In this document: positions 35,501 through 59,950 of the stretch, one piece after another
Position numbering within the stretch: position 1 is the first letter of the stretch
Layout: each line of letters begins with the position of its first letter
Assembly: GCA_047967505.1 (NCBI GenBank)
Contig: CM106538.1
DNA: 64,000 nucleotides
Direction: 5' to 3' (one strand)
Origin: Dipteris shenzhenensis
Taxonomy: Eukaryota
Program-made: the position numbers and the translations under genes
The notes under the pieces: model-generated
Database searches by the model: none
What the model saw: the letters and a program-made list of their open reading frames with translations, nothing else
Told to the model about the DNA's origin: nothing

Positions 35501-36035
35501 ACCCCCACATGCGCCTGCATGCATGACAAATGGCACTTCATTAAAGCTCTAGCCCACCTAAACAAGGACAACGCCAGTTGTCCTTGGGCCCAACTTTTAG
35601 ACCCCTCTCTAGTGCCTATGCCTTGCCCTTAGGACCTAGTGGTGCACCTAGACTTAAGCACACTCCTGTCAGGTGCTTGTTTTGGTCATTTTGACCCCTC
35701 TAAGAGACCAAATTCAATGATTCAAAAGTCATTGTAGGGTTTTCACTTGCTCCGTAAACAATGATGATGAGACAAAATCACCAAATTCCATACCAAAATA
35801 GTAGAAAACATTTAGGTCCTTGGACATAGCATTTATGACACACTAAAAAACACTCGAGTGGGAACTTCAAAATGTCACATTATCTGTTTCACGATTTATA
35901 TCTCCAATTGAATTCTCGACCATATACTAGTTCTGCTTATCACTCTAGAATTTTTTAATTTTGAGCCAAGAAAACAAGAAAATTATGAATTTCTACAAGG
36001 ACCCAAAATGAGCTCCACTTTTTCCTAATGCCTCA
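32560..36035 (-). mobile_element. Truncated Ty1/Copia element (5' LTR, PBS, gag, protease; integrase and RT deleted)
   Basis: Minus-strand PBS TGGTATCAGAG at 35316-35326; putative LTR 35329-36035 (TGAG...CTCA); gag LWKKLCATYEKETASNK...SHLNEFN...LLCSLPSSWD; knuckle CYHCGKKGHMKKDC (~33060-33100); protease WILDYGASFHVTPHREWF. Confidence 0.85.
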
Positions 36036-36584
36036 TGCCAACTTCCTTGATTTGCACTTCTCTGTGTCCACTGTGATCTCCTTTGATCTATCTTTGGCCT
36101 TCCTTCATGTGCATCCATTGGAATCACCTATGGTGCCAATTCGCGAGGTTGGCCTAATTCACATCCTGTCATGTCTTCCCATGTTGCATCGATCATCGTC
36201 TTCCATTCTTGGTCCATGGTCCCTTTATTGCTTTCTTTGGATTGATAATGTCTTTCTTTCCTATCTAGCTCCTTTGTTAGTTAATTCGGCTTCACCAACA
36301 TTTTGACCCAAAACATACAGTCTTTTAGAACGCCTTTGTGTATTTCCTATTTGTTGGCCTTCTTTTGGTCTCGCGTGGTCCATGGATACAGTTTGGTGCT
36401 CTTCTCGCTTAGTTGGAGTCAATTGCTTCGCCCATGGTTCTACTAACTTGATATGTTTCTTTGTTCGGCCACACTTCATCCTTCCTTCTTTGGTCTATTG
36501 TTTGCTACTCTCTAGATCAAGTCTACCTATCCTTTTGGCCCGCCCTTTGTGGTCCCTCTTGATACCAAGATTCTGCCCATGGAT

Positions 36585-36870
36585 AGAAGAGGCCTTTCCC
36601 TTTTATAGCTTTTTGGCCATCACATCCACCTAGATTCCCTCGTCCCCTTGCACCTCGAGCCCAGATTTCCTCAGCCATCCCTAGCCTGATGACACCCCTA
36701 CACCACCATCATGTTGACCAGTCTCGATTGCCATGCTCTGTGGCGCTTGTCAGTCTATCCTGCCACACCTGTCATTTCGTTGCCTCTTGGGATATCCACC
36801 TTCTTGGCTTTATTGCTTCGCTTGGCTGGTGCTTCGGCCTTTCGTCTTTCTTGGTCACTTCCATCACTCG
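36585..36870. repeat. Dispersed repeat copy B (similar to 31146-31410)
   Basis: Same shared blocks as copy A. Confidence 0.75.
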
Positions 36871-37706
36871 TCGCTTTTGCCTTGGTTGCTATTGTTTTCT
36901 CCTTCTTTGCCCTTTTGCCTTCGCCCTTTGTCCTTCATCTTTGTGTTCTTTCTTTTGGAGCTAAAGCTTCTTTGTAGCTCCTTGGACTTGTTCATTTTCA
37001 GCTAGATGATTCATTTGTCACCTACATCTTTGTTCTTCATCTTCACTCCTAATCTTTTGCCTTTGTCTTCAATGTTAAGGTCGCTTTCCTTCAACACTAA
37101 CACTCAATTTCTATGGCTTAGTATAGAAAATCATTATAAGTATTTGCGGGGCTCATGATCTCCATGAATCATAGATCAAAATTCAACCCACTTAGTAGCA
37201 AGCTTCCATGATGGTGTCATCTAGCTCTCTATTGAGCTGATTTATCAGCATTTCATCCAAAGCAACACAAATTATAAGACAAAATCATTCTTCTTGTGCG
37301 TGGATTGTTAACACATGTTTGAACATCCTATTCATTGATGTCCTCCTTATATTTCCTTAAAAGGGCCTCTTCCATTTGTTCTTAATTCTTAAATAATCGA
37401 TTCTTACTTGAACTATTGTTGGATAGCTTTTTGTTAGGGTGGACAGGAAGTAGCTCACGTGGTCTTCTTCTTCCAATCCCTAAAATATTGAAAATTTCCT
37501 TAATCCTTGAGGAGTAACATCCTCCTATGTAAAATGCTTAAAGCAAAAACTTCCCTCCATTGTGTTGGTACCTTTCTTAGCCATATGATGAGAGTTTCTT
37601 TATTATGGATCCTCCTTGCCCTTTTTGCCCTTGTGGTTGGGGTTGATTGCCTACTTGGGCTCCTCTTTACCTTGTTGGCAAACTTTCTCATGCATAAATA
37701 ATTTCA

Positions 37707-38100
37707 TGATGTCCTTTCCCTTTTGCTCTGCCTCATCTAGGTTGGTATTTTGTTGAGAGTTGTGGTGCCATGAGCACATGTAGAGCAAAGGTATGAGTAA
37801 AGGGCAAGCTGTCACATGGTGTGGAGGAGATATCCCACATGTGAGCATGCATATGGTTGTAATTACCCACTCCTATAAAAGGGAGGTTCATTTGAAGTAA
37901 TATCAATCAAGCACTTTCACTATCTCAAGATTCTCTTTATGAATCCAAGCTAATCTATCTTGGAACCTAATTGACTTGAGTTATAGATCATGATCACTCT
38001 TAGGATTCATCCACCTTAGATTAGTATTGTCATTAGAGTAGATCAGGGCCCATAGGAGAACTCAGTCCATGTGTTTTCACATGGTATCAGAGCATAGGTT
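37707..38100 (+). mobile_element. LTR plus tRNA-Met PBS of another truncated retroelement
   Basis: ...TTTTCACA (ends 38081) then TGGTATCAGAGC at 38082-38093; TATAAAA at ~37875; left end approximate. Confidence 0.65.
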
Positions 38101-39263
38101 TAGTTCTCCTAGGCTAGTTCATTGAGTGTTCTTGAGAGATTTTTTTAAGTTCATTCATTCTTTTTTAGGACATTCTTAGAGACGGTCTCTCTCAACTTCC
38201 CTAGAGCTTGCCTGGTCTCAACAAGATATAACTCTTGCTCTGAATCTCACACATCGAGCTGTTTCTTTGACTTCTGACATTGCGAGCAGAGGCATTGGAT
38301 AGTGACGTTTGAGAGTTAAACTCTCAATTCTTTGAGGGCTAGCGAGACAGCGGCTTCTCCACAAGGAGGAAGTAGGGGAGCATATAATCAAGAGAAAACA
38401 TGTAGTCAAAAGCATGTAGCAAAAGGGAGGGGCGACCAGACGACCATGCAAATGACCAAGCATCAGCAGGTGTGCTCACGAATGGCTGTCAACCTTCAAC
38501 AACTCCTGTATCTTCGGCCACTTGAGCTCATCAACATCGGTCAAAGAGCAGCATCAAACGGCAACCAGCTGAGCGTGGTGCCACATCTTGTGCTGGAGCT
38601 TCTTCAGCCGACCTTCTGCTCCTCCTCTGTAGAACATCAACGCAAGCCCGACTCTGTGGCTGTGTAATAGAAACTATAGTCTCCACCCTACATGAAGAAC
38701 CTCTACGATAGCTCCAAATGGCCTGCAAGCCCGTCTTCTCTCCAACCAACACCTTGGTAGCAGAACTGCTCCAAAAATTTCACCGGCTCTGCCTTCTGCC
38801 AATGACCAGCGGAGGCTTGGGATCGTCGCTGTTGTCGGCTCATTCGAAATTGCTGGGCTGCCTCGGGTACATGCGGCTGAATCAGCTGGTCATGTGCGAT
38901 CCGCAGCGCACACAACAGAATCAACACGGGGTCTCCTAAGGCAAAGGCTTCACCGTTTCCCCTCAGCACAACCCGGTCGATTTCAAGAAGAAGAGGAACA
39001 AAAGCACCACCTAGTAACGCAATCATCCATGCAAAAGAAATAAATATTTTCTCAGTGTCAATGTCTAGGGCTTGACAAACGATCTCAAACCTCATTTTTT
39101 AAGGAGGTCACTCAGAAATAGTTGTGCTCGACCAGATTTTCTTGCTCTCCAGGAGGTTAAAGTGGGAGGAGGTGGCAGCTAAAGCAAATAGATGAAAAGC
39201 GGGTGTGGTTCACTTCAGAACATGAGGAAGGCAGAGGAGGCGCAACTTTAGGGGGTTTTGTCC

Positions 39264-39594
39264 ACCTAAGCCAGTTCATAGTTAGAACTTAAATGGCATT
39301 TGGTTCGAATGGAATTGGGATTGAATTTAATCAGGGCAAATTGTCCTGCCATATATTTTCAATTTATGCTCCCAATTCAGTTCGTGGTAGAACCATGCTG
39401 TGGGATAACAATCTTATTGACAATTCATAGTTAGAACCTAAGCCAGTTCATAGTTAGAACTTAAATGGCATTTGGTTCGAATGGAATTGGGATTGAATTT
39501 AATCAGGGCAAATTGTCCTGCCATATATTTTCAATTTATGCTCCCAATTCAGTTCGTGGTAGAACCATGTTGTGGGATAACAATCTTATTGACA
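39264..39594 (+). repeat. Tandem duplication with 172-bp period
   Basis: Copies start at 39264 and 39436, nearly identical, separated by a short templated filler. Confidence 0.92.
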
Positions 39595-41110
39595 TGACCC
39601 CAGCACTCTTGAAACCTCTGACCTACAAGAAAACACAAGAACTACCCAACGTGAGGAATCCGAGCAAGCTACTCACCACCCACCCATGACACCCACAGGA
39701 TATGATCCCGAATCAGGAGATCTCCCCTCCGAGCCACGATCTAAGCTACTGGCACGAACTCCTAACTAGATCCTGACCAACCTAGTGTCCCATACCACCA
39801 GGTGGCGCCTAGAGGATCTACTGCTGTGGCTTGGGCTACGCTAACAAGTAAACGCGCATCTGCGTCTCGATCCGAGATCAGACCTAGCACTAGGGAACGA
39901 GACTTGCTCCCATCGGCTCCTTGAAGATTGAACCTTTGGGCCCCTTTTATAGGCTCGGGCCCAATGTGCCAAAAATAGCGAAGACCTCTATCTGGTTCGT
40001 ACCCTTGCCAGTCAACACGAGAATCAAGCCTGCCTAGCCCTAAGCCTCCCCAGGCTACTTGAGCTAGTCTTGTGTACCCCGGTACATGTTCAATCCATGC
40101 ACATGACATGCCTAGCCCTAAGCCTCCCCAGGCTACTTGAGCTAGTCTTGTGTACCCCGGTACATGTTCAATCCATGCACATGACATACTTCCCCTTCTC
40201 TAAGAACTCTCCTGAGTTCACAAGAAAACCTAGGAATGTCCTCTGGAGGTTAGGTAATGTCTCCCATGTTGCATCCTCCTCAACATGATCCTTCCACTTG
40301 ATCTTGTATTCCGTGATAGTTCTATTCTGAATTTGTCTTTCATGAGATTCAAGAATATACTCTCAGCTTCGTGTGAGAAAAGTCAAATCAGTGACCTCTA
40401 TTATTTCTTGAGAAGAAACAAGGTGATCATCCGCACCCAGTAACTCTTTTACTCTATTGACATGAAAGACTGGATGTACTTTAACATCAGGAGGCAATTC
40501 TAGTTTATATGCAACTGGTTCAATTCTTTTAATAATCTTGAAAGGACCGCAGTATCTGGGGGATAATTTCGGAACCAAACCAATACTTAGGCTCTTGGAT
40601 TCCTTGGGAATACGTAAATATACCATCGTCCCTTCAAAGTACTATCTGGGTGAACTATGTCTATTAGCATAAAATCTATCCCGATCTTGGGCACTTCTAG
40701 TAGACTCCTTGGCAAACTGCAACATTTCTTGCATGTCTTGCTTGCAGCATCATTTTGAATTCCTATGAACCCAACCATAACTGCTGACTTAGGTTGAAAC
40801 CCGTACATAAGCATAAAAGAATTGTAACCAATACTTAAATGCTTTGCACTGTTGTAAGCAAATTCGATCATGGGGAGATAATCTCCCCATGAAGACAGTC
40901 TCTTAGAAACATATACGCGAAGCATATCTTCAACCAATTGGTTAGCCTTCTTTGTACTGCCATTAGATTGTGCATGATCTGAGGAACTCATACTTAGACT
41001 AGTTTTCAACTTCTCAAAAACAAGTGTGCAAAAGTTACTTGTAAACGAGTCCCAATCACTAACTATGTCAGAAGGCAAACCATATAGCTTAAACAGTTGG
41101 TCCACAAACT
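39590..41110 (-). mobile_element. Ty3/Gypsy chromovirus 3' fragment: integrase, chromodomain, PPT, 3' LTR
   Basis: [28 protein letters not shown] (GPY/F), VHPVFHV; chromodomain EYKIKWKDHVEEDATWE (~40260-40312); minus-strand PPT GAGAAGGGGAAGTA then TGTCA at 40186. Confidence 0.9.
40031..40186. repeat. Exact 78-bp tandem duplication of the Gypsy LTR terminus
   Basis: 40031-40108 equals 40109-40186. Confidence 0.95.
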
Positions 41111-43971
41111 TATGGCAATGTCTCTCCTCCCTTTGCACTTAAGCGCTCAATTAAGCAGGGATGTCCCACTACTTTTTGCTATTGCAACAGACTCGCTTGG
41201 GTACTTGATACAAGATGAAGCAAACAAGGGCCCGATTAGCAATGTTCAGGTTGAAGGAGGTGTGCATATTATCTGCCAACAATTTGATGATGACATCAAC
41301 CTTACCCCAAGAAATGCTGACCAATTATTAGGAAATGTTGTAAAGTGCTTGGAGGTCTTCTGCATTGCCTCCGGTTCGAAAATTAACCCCATGAAAATAA
41401 AAGTATTTTCGTAACCAAGAACCCTCCTCCCTAACTCTTGATTGATAAAGGGTGCAAGATCATCAAGGAGGGAGAAATTTTCAGACTTCTCAGAATTCCA
41501 ATGGGATTCAAGTGTTCGAACAAGGAAAGATGGGAGTGGGTAGTTGATAAAATCAGATCCAAAATGCAAAAATGGCAGGGACTTCAATCGACTCTTATTA
41601 AAGAAAGTTTGTACTTAATCTCTATGTCTACCCGTCTCTAATCTATTTTATCTCCTGCCAGAGAAAGGTTTTGACCAAATTAAGAGACTTTTTCAGACCT
41701 TTCTCTGGGGAGGAGAATTGGGCCCAAAAAAAAAGGTCAAAGTCAGGTGGCAAGTTTGTACTCTCCCGAAGTCTGCTGGGGGTTTGGGCATTGTAGATAT
41801 TGAAAAATCCACAGCCACGTTTATGGCTCAATGGATCCTGAAAGCCTATCACAATTCGGGTTCAGTCTAGGCCACCCTAATTCTTAAGAATATCTCAATA
41901 GTAAAGATCACTAGATGTAAACATTGGAAAAAACTCCCGCTATGGGGAGCTCTCTTTGGGAAAGAACCGTGCTTGGCTAAAGGGTCTGACTTGTGGAAAG
42001 GTATGTGGAAGGCATGGGAATCCCTGAAACCATTCTTAATCTGGAAAGGGTTCACTAGAAAGACAGCCACGTTTTGCAGCCAGGACTCCATCTGGTTCTC
42101 GACAATTTGGAGCGACAGCCCATTTCTAGACATTTTGCTCAAAGGAGCCACAAGACTCGATAAAAATGGAATCAAGGTCTGGGATGATATCTGGAATCAT
42201 GGCAGAGCAGATGGCTTGAAGACGAAGTCCTGTATTGTTGCTTCAGGAAGAAGTGCAAATAAAGTTACACGGTGGGAAGCATGAGGATGATGGTGATGAC
42301 GAGAAGGCTTTCATAGTGGAGCAAAGGTGGCAGATCGAAGCAACATAAAAGGAAGATGCCAAGTGTGAGGACAGGGACACTTCTAATGGTGACACCAAGA
42401 AAAAGAGCAAGCGAAAAGAAGTGCTTCTGTTGCAACATCCTGGACACTTTGCTAAGGATTGCAGGAAGAAGCAGCAGATCAAGGAAGGAGGAAGGCCATA
42501 AACCCAAGAGACGAGTTGGCTTGGCGAATTTTCAGGGTATGTCTTCTCAGTTTTCATTGAAGACATTAGCAGTATGCTTTGGGATGCTTGTTTGTACAGG
42601 AGCTCTCATTTCCTAGGAGAAGGGAGGTGGAGGCATTCGACGAGATTGCCATAGCAGTTGGTGACCCAGACTTTGAGTTTGGAACACTAACAAGTATAGG
42701 TGATCACAAGGTTTCACTGTTGATACCCACTTGCAGTTTTGCTGGGAGGACCAGGGACCGAACAAATTGAAACCATCGTGGTGGGAGATTGGGATCCAAA
42801 GAACCAGAGGAGTAAGCTTATGCCCATGGAAGATTGTGTGATGTTTTACCAATGGTGTCACTTCACTGACGCGTTGAAATAGACTCGGAGGACTTGGTGC
42901 TTCGCAAAATTCAAGAGGTATCGGATGGAAGTTTTAGTACCTGGATCAAAAAGAAGCAGTTGACATGTTCAGGTTCAGCAGTACCAGTGACAAAAGGTGC
43001 TGCCTAGATGAATCCTGCATTTCAAGATGGCTCACTTGTTTGGAGCCAGACCTGATGGAGCAGGAGCTAGACTCCTGCAAAATGTTCTAGAGAGCTTCTC
43101 CAAGAGAGCAGACAGAGCTGCTGCATCAATGTGCGGGTGTGCATCCACTTTGTGTCGGTGGAAGGGGGTGCTGGAATATGAGGTTCACCTCCCCAATTGT
43201 GACCCGGGAGGGCCTGCATCAGTGCGCAGCACCAGCAAGAGCAAGTCTGACTGTACAGCACGAATGGCAGCAGGTACAGGTGCCACATGCATCAGCAGCA
43301 ACCATGATCTGGGACTGCCAGAGGACCCACAACACAGGTGCCTGGTAAGCAGAGCCTAACCAGTCTGGGTCGGCACACTGCCACAGACTGGTAGGCAGAC
43401 CCACAAACCCGGTCGACTGGTCTGTGGGCAGGTTGGTTGACTGGTCATTACGGGCCAGTCATCCAGTTTTCTGGGGTTTCTCTATAAAAAGGGCCCTATT
43501 TGCATGGGTCCAGGCATTCTTTGGAGCTTGGATTGGGCTGCATCCAGAACAGCCAGGAGGAGCTTGGAGAGTCTACTCAGCCTGCAGACCACATGGCATG
43601 TCTGAGAAGGGGTACCAGCTACACCTGTATATTCCTGCAGGGCAGAGGTCCAAGAGTCTACAGCATCCCTAAGTGCACACCACCACACTGTAGAAGAGCA
43701 TAAGGGTGCAGCAGAGGAGCTTTGTCTGCAGTATACCATTGGAGCAGAACTTTGCAGGAGTGCTCAGCCTTGAGCAGCCTACACACAGGCGCGGATGGCA
43801 GAAGAGCAGGAGTATCTGTCAGAGGGTGCACCAAACAGCCTAGTTTGGTGCCTTACCTCAGGGATAGATTCTAGAGGTGTCGGTATATATTTTCACAAGT
43901 TTTTTGCACATGGCTTCTACCTTTATATCTACACTGTTTTGGCTGTACATCTGAGCTCTCTTTCAGATCTG

Positions 43972-44279
43972 TCCTCCTCTTACTTTCAAAGAAAACATGT
44001 GTATGAGTTGTGTTCTGTCTCTCTCTTGTGATCTCGGGGTATGTCTTCCGCTGTGAGAGTAGTTTTGGCCCTAACCAAGCAACCTACCACTAGTTTTCCA
44101 GCGCACTCACCCGCTCACTTTCCATTCCTCCTCTTACTTTCAAAGAAAACATGTGTATGAGTTGTGTTCTGTCTCTCTCTTGTGATCTCGGGGTATGTCT
44201 TCCGCTGTGAGAGTAGTTTTGGCCCTAACCAAGCAACCTACCACTAGTTTTCCAGCGCACTCACCCGCTCACTTTCCAT
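43972..44279. repeat. 154-bp tandem duplication, probably at the 3' end of an LTR ending ...CCACA at 44284
   Basis: 43972-44125 equals 44126-44279 by eye. Confidence 0.92.
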
Positions 44280-45881
44280 CCACATAGGGGATTTGAACAC
44301 CAACCAGACACTGGAGGGCTAAATTCCTCAACCAGACCCAGTAATGCCTGTGAGAAACATAATTACCGCTTATACCTAAAAAAACAAAAGACTCATATCT
44401 TTCCAAGTCCTTCAGCAACTAGTTCATCTTATTATCAAGATAGATTAAAATTTCCATCGAACATTACATTTCACAAGCTTTTGTGCTTTTGGATACCGCA
44501 TAGACACTTTGGATGTGGCATAGCTCAATATTCCTCTCTCAATCAAATCACTACAGGAATCAATTGTATAATCTCTTTAATGACGAAGTATCATCATAGA
44601 GTAATCATTAATTTTACTAGATTAAGCACAGGTCAGAGGAACTCAGTCTCAAGGAGATTGAACAATAATTTGACTAGATTGAGGGATAACTCAAGTCTCT
44701 CCAGAGAAAATAACAAGCATGCCTTCCGCCCCCCCAACGTTCCCTCTGCTCCATCCAATGACATGTGTTGAGGTAGTCCCTCCTTGCATGAAGTCACATA
44801 AAATCTCCCAATGGGGTACTTTATGTGCAATTTGCATACTGATTCTGTAGCAATAACCCTATCCACTTCTTGTTGGGATCCCATACCCGTAGTTCATACA
44901 CTCAGCTGTAATTGTCGATGATAAGATAGGCACCACACTGATTTATGCCAAAACCACACCATTCAGCAATGCTATATACCAAGAAGTACAATATATAACA
45001 TTCACCAACACGATCCTGAAGTCCCATCTTGAGGAGTGCCAAAAAAAATGTTTGTTTAACAGGATTGTCAGGAATGAGACAAGCAAAGCCACTCTGTCAT
45101 CATTGATGGGTCCCTTACCAGATTTGCAGCAGTTTCCTCTGCAAAATGCTTCGTGAAGCCATCTTTGGTCTGCATGAAAAGGCTCCAGACAAGAGCACTA
45201 CCACATGATCATCTCTGGCACAATCAAGGCAGAAATTGATTTGCAACATACTTTAGGGAATCGAAAAGACTTTTTGACATGTTATTGGAGACACTGCTTT
45301 ACAAGTATGAACCCCAAGTCCATCATTCAAGATATGACCAGCATAAGCTTGAATAGCAGAATTTCAGAAACAAAAGAAGCTGCAAAAGCTCTCCTTACTT
45401 TTACAAGATTGATCTAGGCGGTGGAATAAACATTATATCATATAGTCTATATGATCGACGAAGCAGCTAAATACATCCACATTGCCTTTGTGATAAAATG
45501 ACGAAGGTTTGTTATGTGAGGAAGCCGCCATATTTGTGCTCTTCATCATCCTGGTTATCAGATCACGTCTTCCCGTGTGCTTTTCTCCATACCATTGAAT
45601 CATGACTGGAGCATCAAATTTCTCTCCCAAGAAGTCGCACAGAAGCGTGAGCCCCCCATTTTAGCATTGTGTGTATGCTGTTGAATCAATGGAGAAAAGA
45701 ATTGCTCCGGAAGCTTCACAAATTACTCCCCCTCAGCACGATGATGGCAGCCAACCTGATAAAACCAAGATCCTCCCCAGCTTACCACTTTGCATCCATG
45801 AAGCTCTGCTCCAGAAACAGACAATAGGCACTGTCTTCCACATGCTCAGTGTAATGTACACTGCACATTGGAAAACCACAA

Positions 45882-57997
<12,116 letters not shown>

Positions 57998-58089
57998 AGG
58001 GGGAAATTGAGCCGTGCAGGATTGAGGAGGAGATGTCGGCTAGGCTAGCTTCGGAATCACCAACAAGCGAGTGCTATAGAGTTCGATGT

Positions 58090-59474
58090 CTGAAACAAAG
58101 GCAGATCCTTGTGTTTGTGCTCGATGCCAGATGGGAAGGCGACTAACTGTGGACAGTGCGGGTATTGTAGCGTACGACGACCGTGCTATGCAAGGTTAGC
58201 CGAGTACGAATGTTTCGGGAATCGATACAAATGAAAGGAAGAGGTGCAGAAGCGCCAGTATTCTGTCTTGTCCACTGCTGACTCTGGCTCTCTTTCTTTT
58301 GCCCAAGATCAAAACATTAACTTAGCTAGAAAAACGTTTTGCAAGATGAACACGCTCCTCTCCTCTCTCTCTCTCTCTCTCTGCGCTGAGTCTAGTTGAG
58401 AAGATATCCAATGATTATATCGCAGAAAGGACTCCTTTCTTCTGTTCGCTCCAAACTCATAGCATAAGAGTGGAAGGCTGCACGGATCCACGGCAGCCCG
58501 AGGTATATCTGCCGCAAAATGGAAGAGTCGTGGGAGCGAATGTTGCCGAGCAACAGCGAAATGCTTGTGAAAGCAGCTTGTATCTCTTCTCCCTGTCCGC
58601 CCCTACACCTGCCTTTTTTTTAGAGTGGACGCCTGTTATCCTGCTGAAGCCGAGTTGCCCAGGCCGTAGATCAGGGCAAGGTGGCAGAATATTAAGGCAG
58701 AAGAGCTGGCCAAGGATCAAATATATAGTTGTCTTTTGTCTTAAGTTGTAAACTTTGTGCGGAAACGAGGAAACCAAGACGAACAGAGTTGGAAGTGGAG
58801 TGAAGCAAGGGCAAGGAGATAGATTAGATAGAAGAGCCGGCTCTGCAAAACGGAAATGCTCTTTGGGCCTTCTGAGAGGGGGTGGAGGAGGATTGTATAC
58901 TGTTGCTGAAATGCTGATGCGAAGCGGCGATGCTTGTGAGCTTTCAAGCTATAACTGCATTCGAAGGTTCCATCAGAACAATTGTCAAATCATCTCAAGC
59001 CGAAAAAGAAGAAGAAGAAGAAGCAACAATTTGTGTGCAAGTGACTATGTATACAGCACCAAAAGCACAAGCTCAGTTTGCATCTCAACCCTCCAGTCTG
59101 CAAAGCGGAAGATTGATGAGCATGTGCATTCAAACTCTGGAGACATTTGATCGACTCTTATTCATTCTAAAGACCACTGCACAAACCATGTTCTGCTCAA
59201 AAACTTCGCAATTCCTCCTTCAGGAATCCGCCTTGTAATCCGCAAAAAAACCGAAGCGATTTTGCGTCCAGCTCCAAATCTTTCACACAATCTTTTCGTT
59301 GCGCACGACCGACAGTGCAGTCTCTTAGTCGGTGCACACAGATTAAAAGCTTGTTGGAAAGATCAGGGAGCACCAAAACCAGGGCACCGAAAGTTGTTTG
59401 AAAACGATCTTGCAGGCTAAGGAACAGAAATCGTAATTGTTTTTTTGAGAAGATGAAGCAAAGATCATGCATAC
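58090..59474 (-). other. Putative 5'UTR intron of GLT1
   Basis: Minus-strand donor CTG|GTATGC at 59474; acceptor TTTGTTTCAG at 58090; pyrimidine-rich leader upstream. Confidence 0.45.
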
Positions 59475-59589
59475 CAGGGAGAGATTAAGCAGCAAAAACA
59501 AGCGAGCAATGGATCGAGCAGAAGATCGGATGAAGCAGGCGACCAAATTCCGCGATCCCAACACATGGAAGCTGTGATGCACTCTTCTA

Positions 59590-59950
59590 ATTATAGAAGC
59601 GCAGCATCCATAATCCTCCGCCTAATTACTCCTTAATCAGGCCCTTAATCTTCGCGATTAGTCACCCCATCGAAATCCAGGTGCCTCGGACCGGTCGCCT
59701 GCCCCCGCCAGCCTGGCGCGTCTCCATGGGCCCCACGTGGCCCCGAACCTCGAGCCTCGGTACCCTAGGCTAGAGGCTCGGCACGCACCACCCCTTTTTT
59801 TAATTTTCTTTATTTTTTCACCGCCCACCTGCACAAAATAGGCACACGCTTTGACCTTATGATGTCATTGTTTTGTTTGTCTGCACTTGTTTTGTTGTGT
59901 TGTTGATGGCTCCATGGCGCCCTTGCCAAGTCACAGGTATTGTGAGTCAT
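59590..59950 (-). promoter_or_regulatory. Putative GLT1 core promoter
   Basis: TATAAT-like element at ~59591-59597 (minus); CpG-rich stretch; G-box CACGTG at 59734-59739; TGAGTCA at 59943-59949. Confidence 0.4.

Larger units (their letters stand above)
39050..42250 (+). mobile_element. Degenerate L1-type LINE, split by a Gypsy fragment
   Basis: Endonuclease-like FSIYAPNSVRGRTMLW (duplicated); RT-like PLLFAIATDSLG...CQQFDDDINL...FCIASGSKIN; LGIPMG-like and GGLGI-like segments; LWKGMWKAW. Confidence 0.7.

Noticed and set aside
39762-40187. 141-aa ORF with a repeated 26-aa peptide
   Set aside because: Results from the 78-bp LTR duplication; non-coding LTR sequence.
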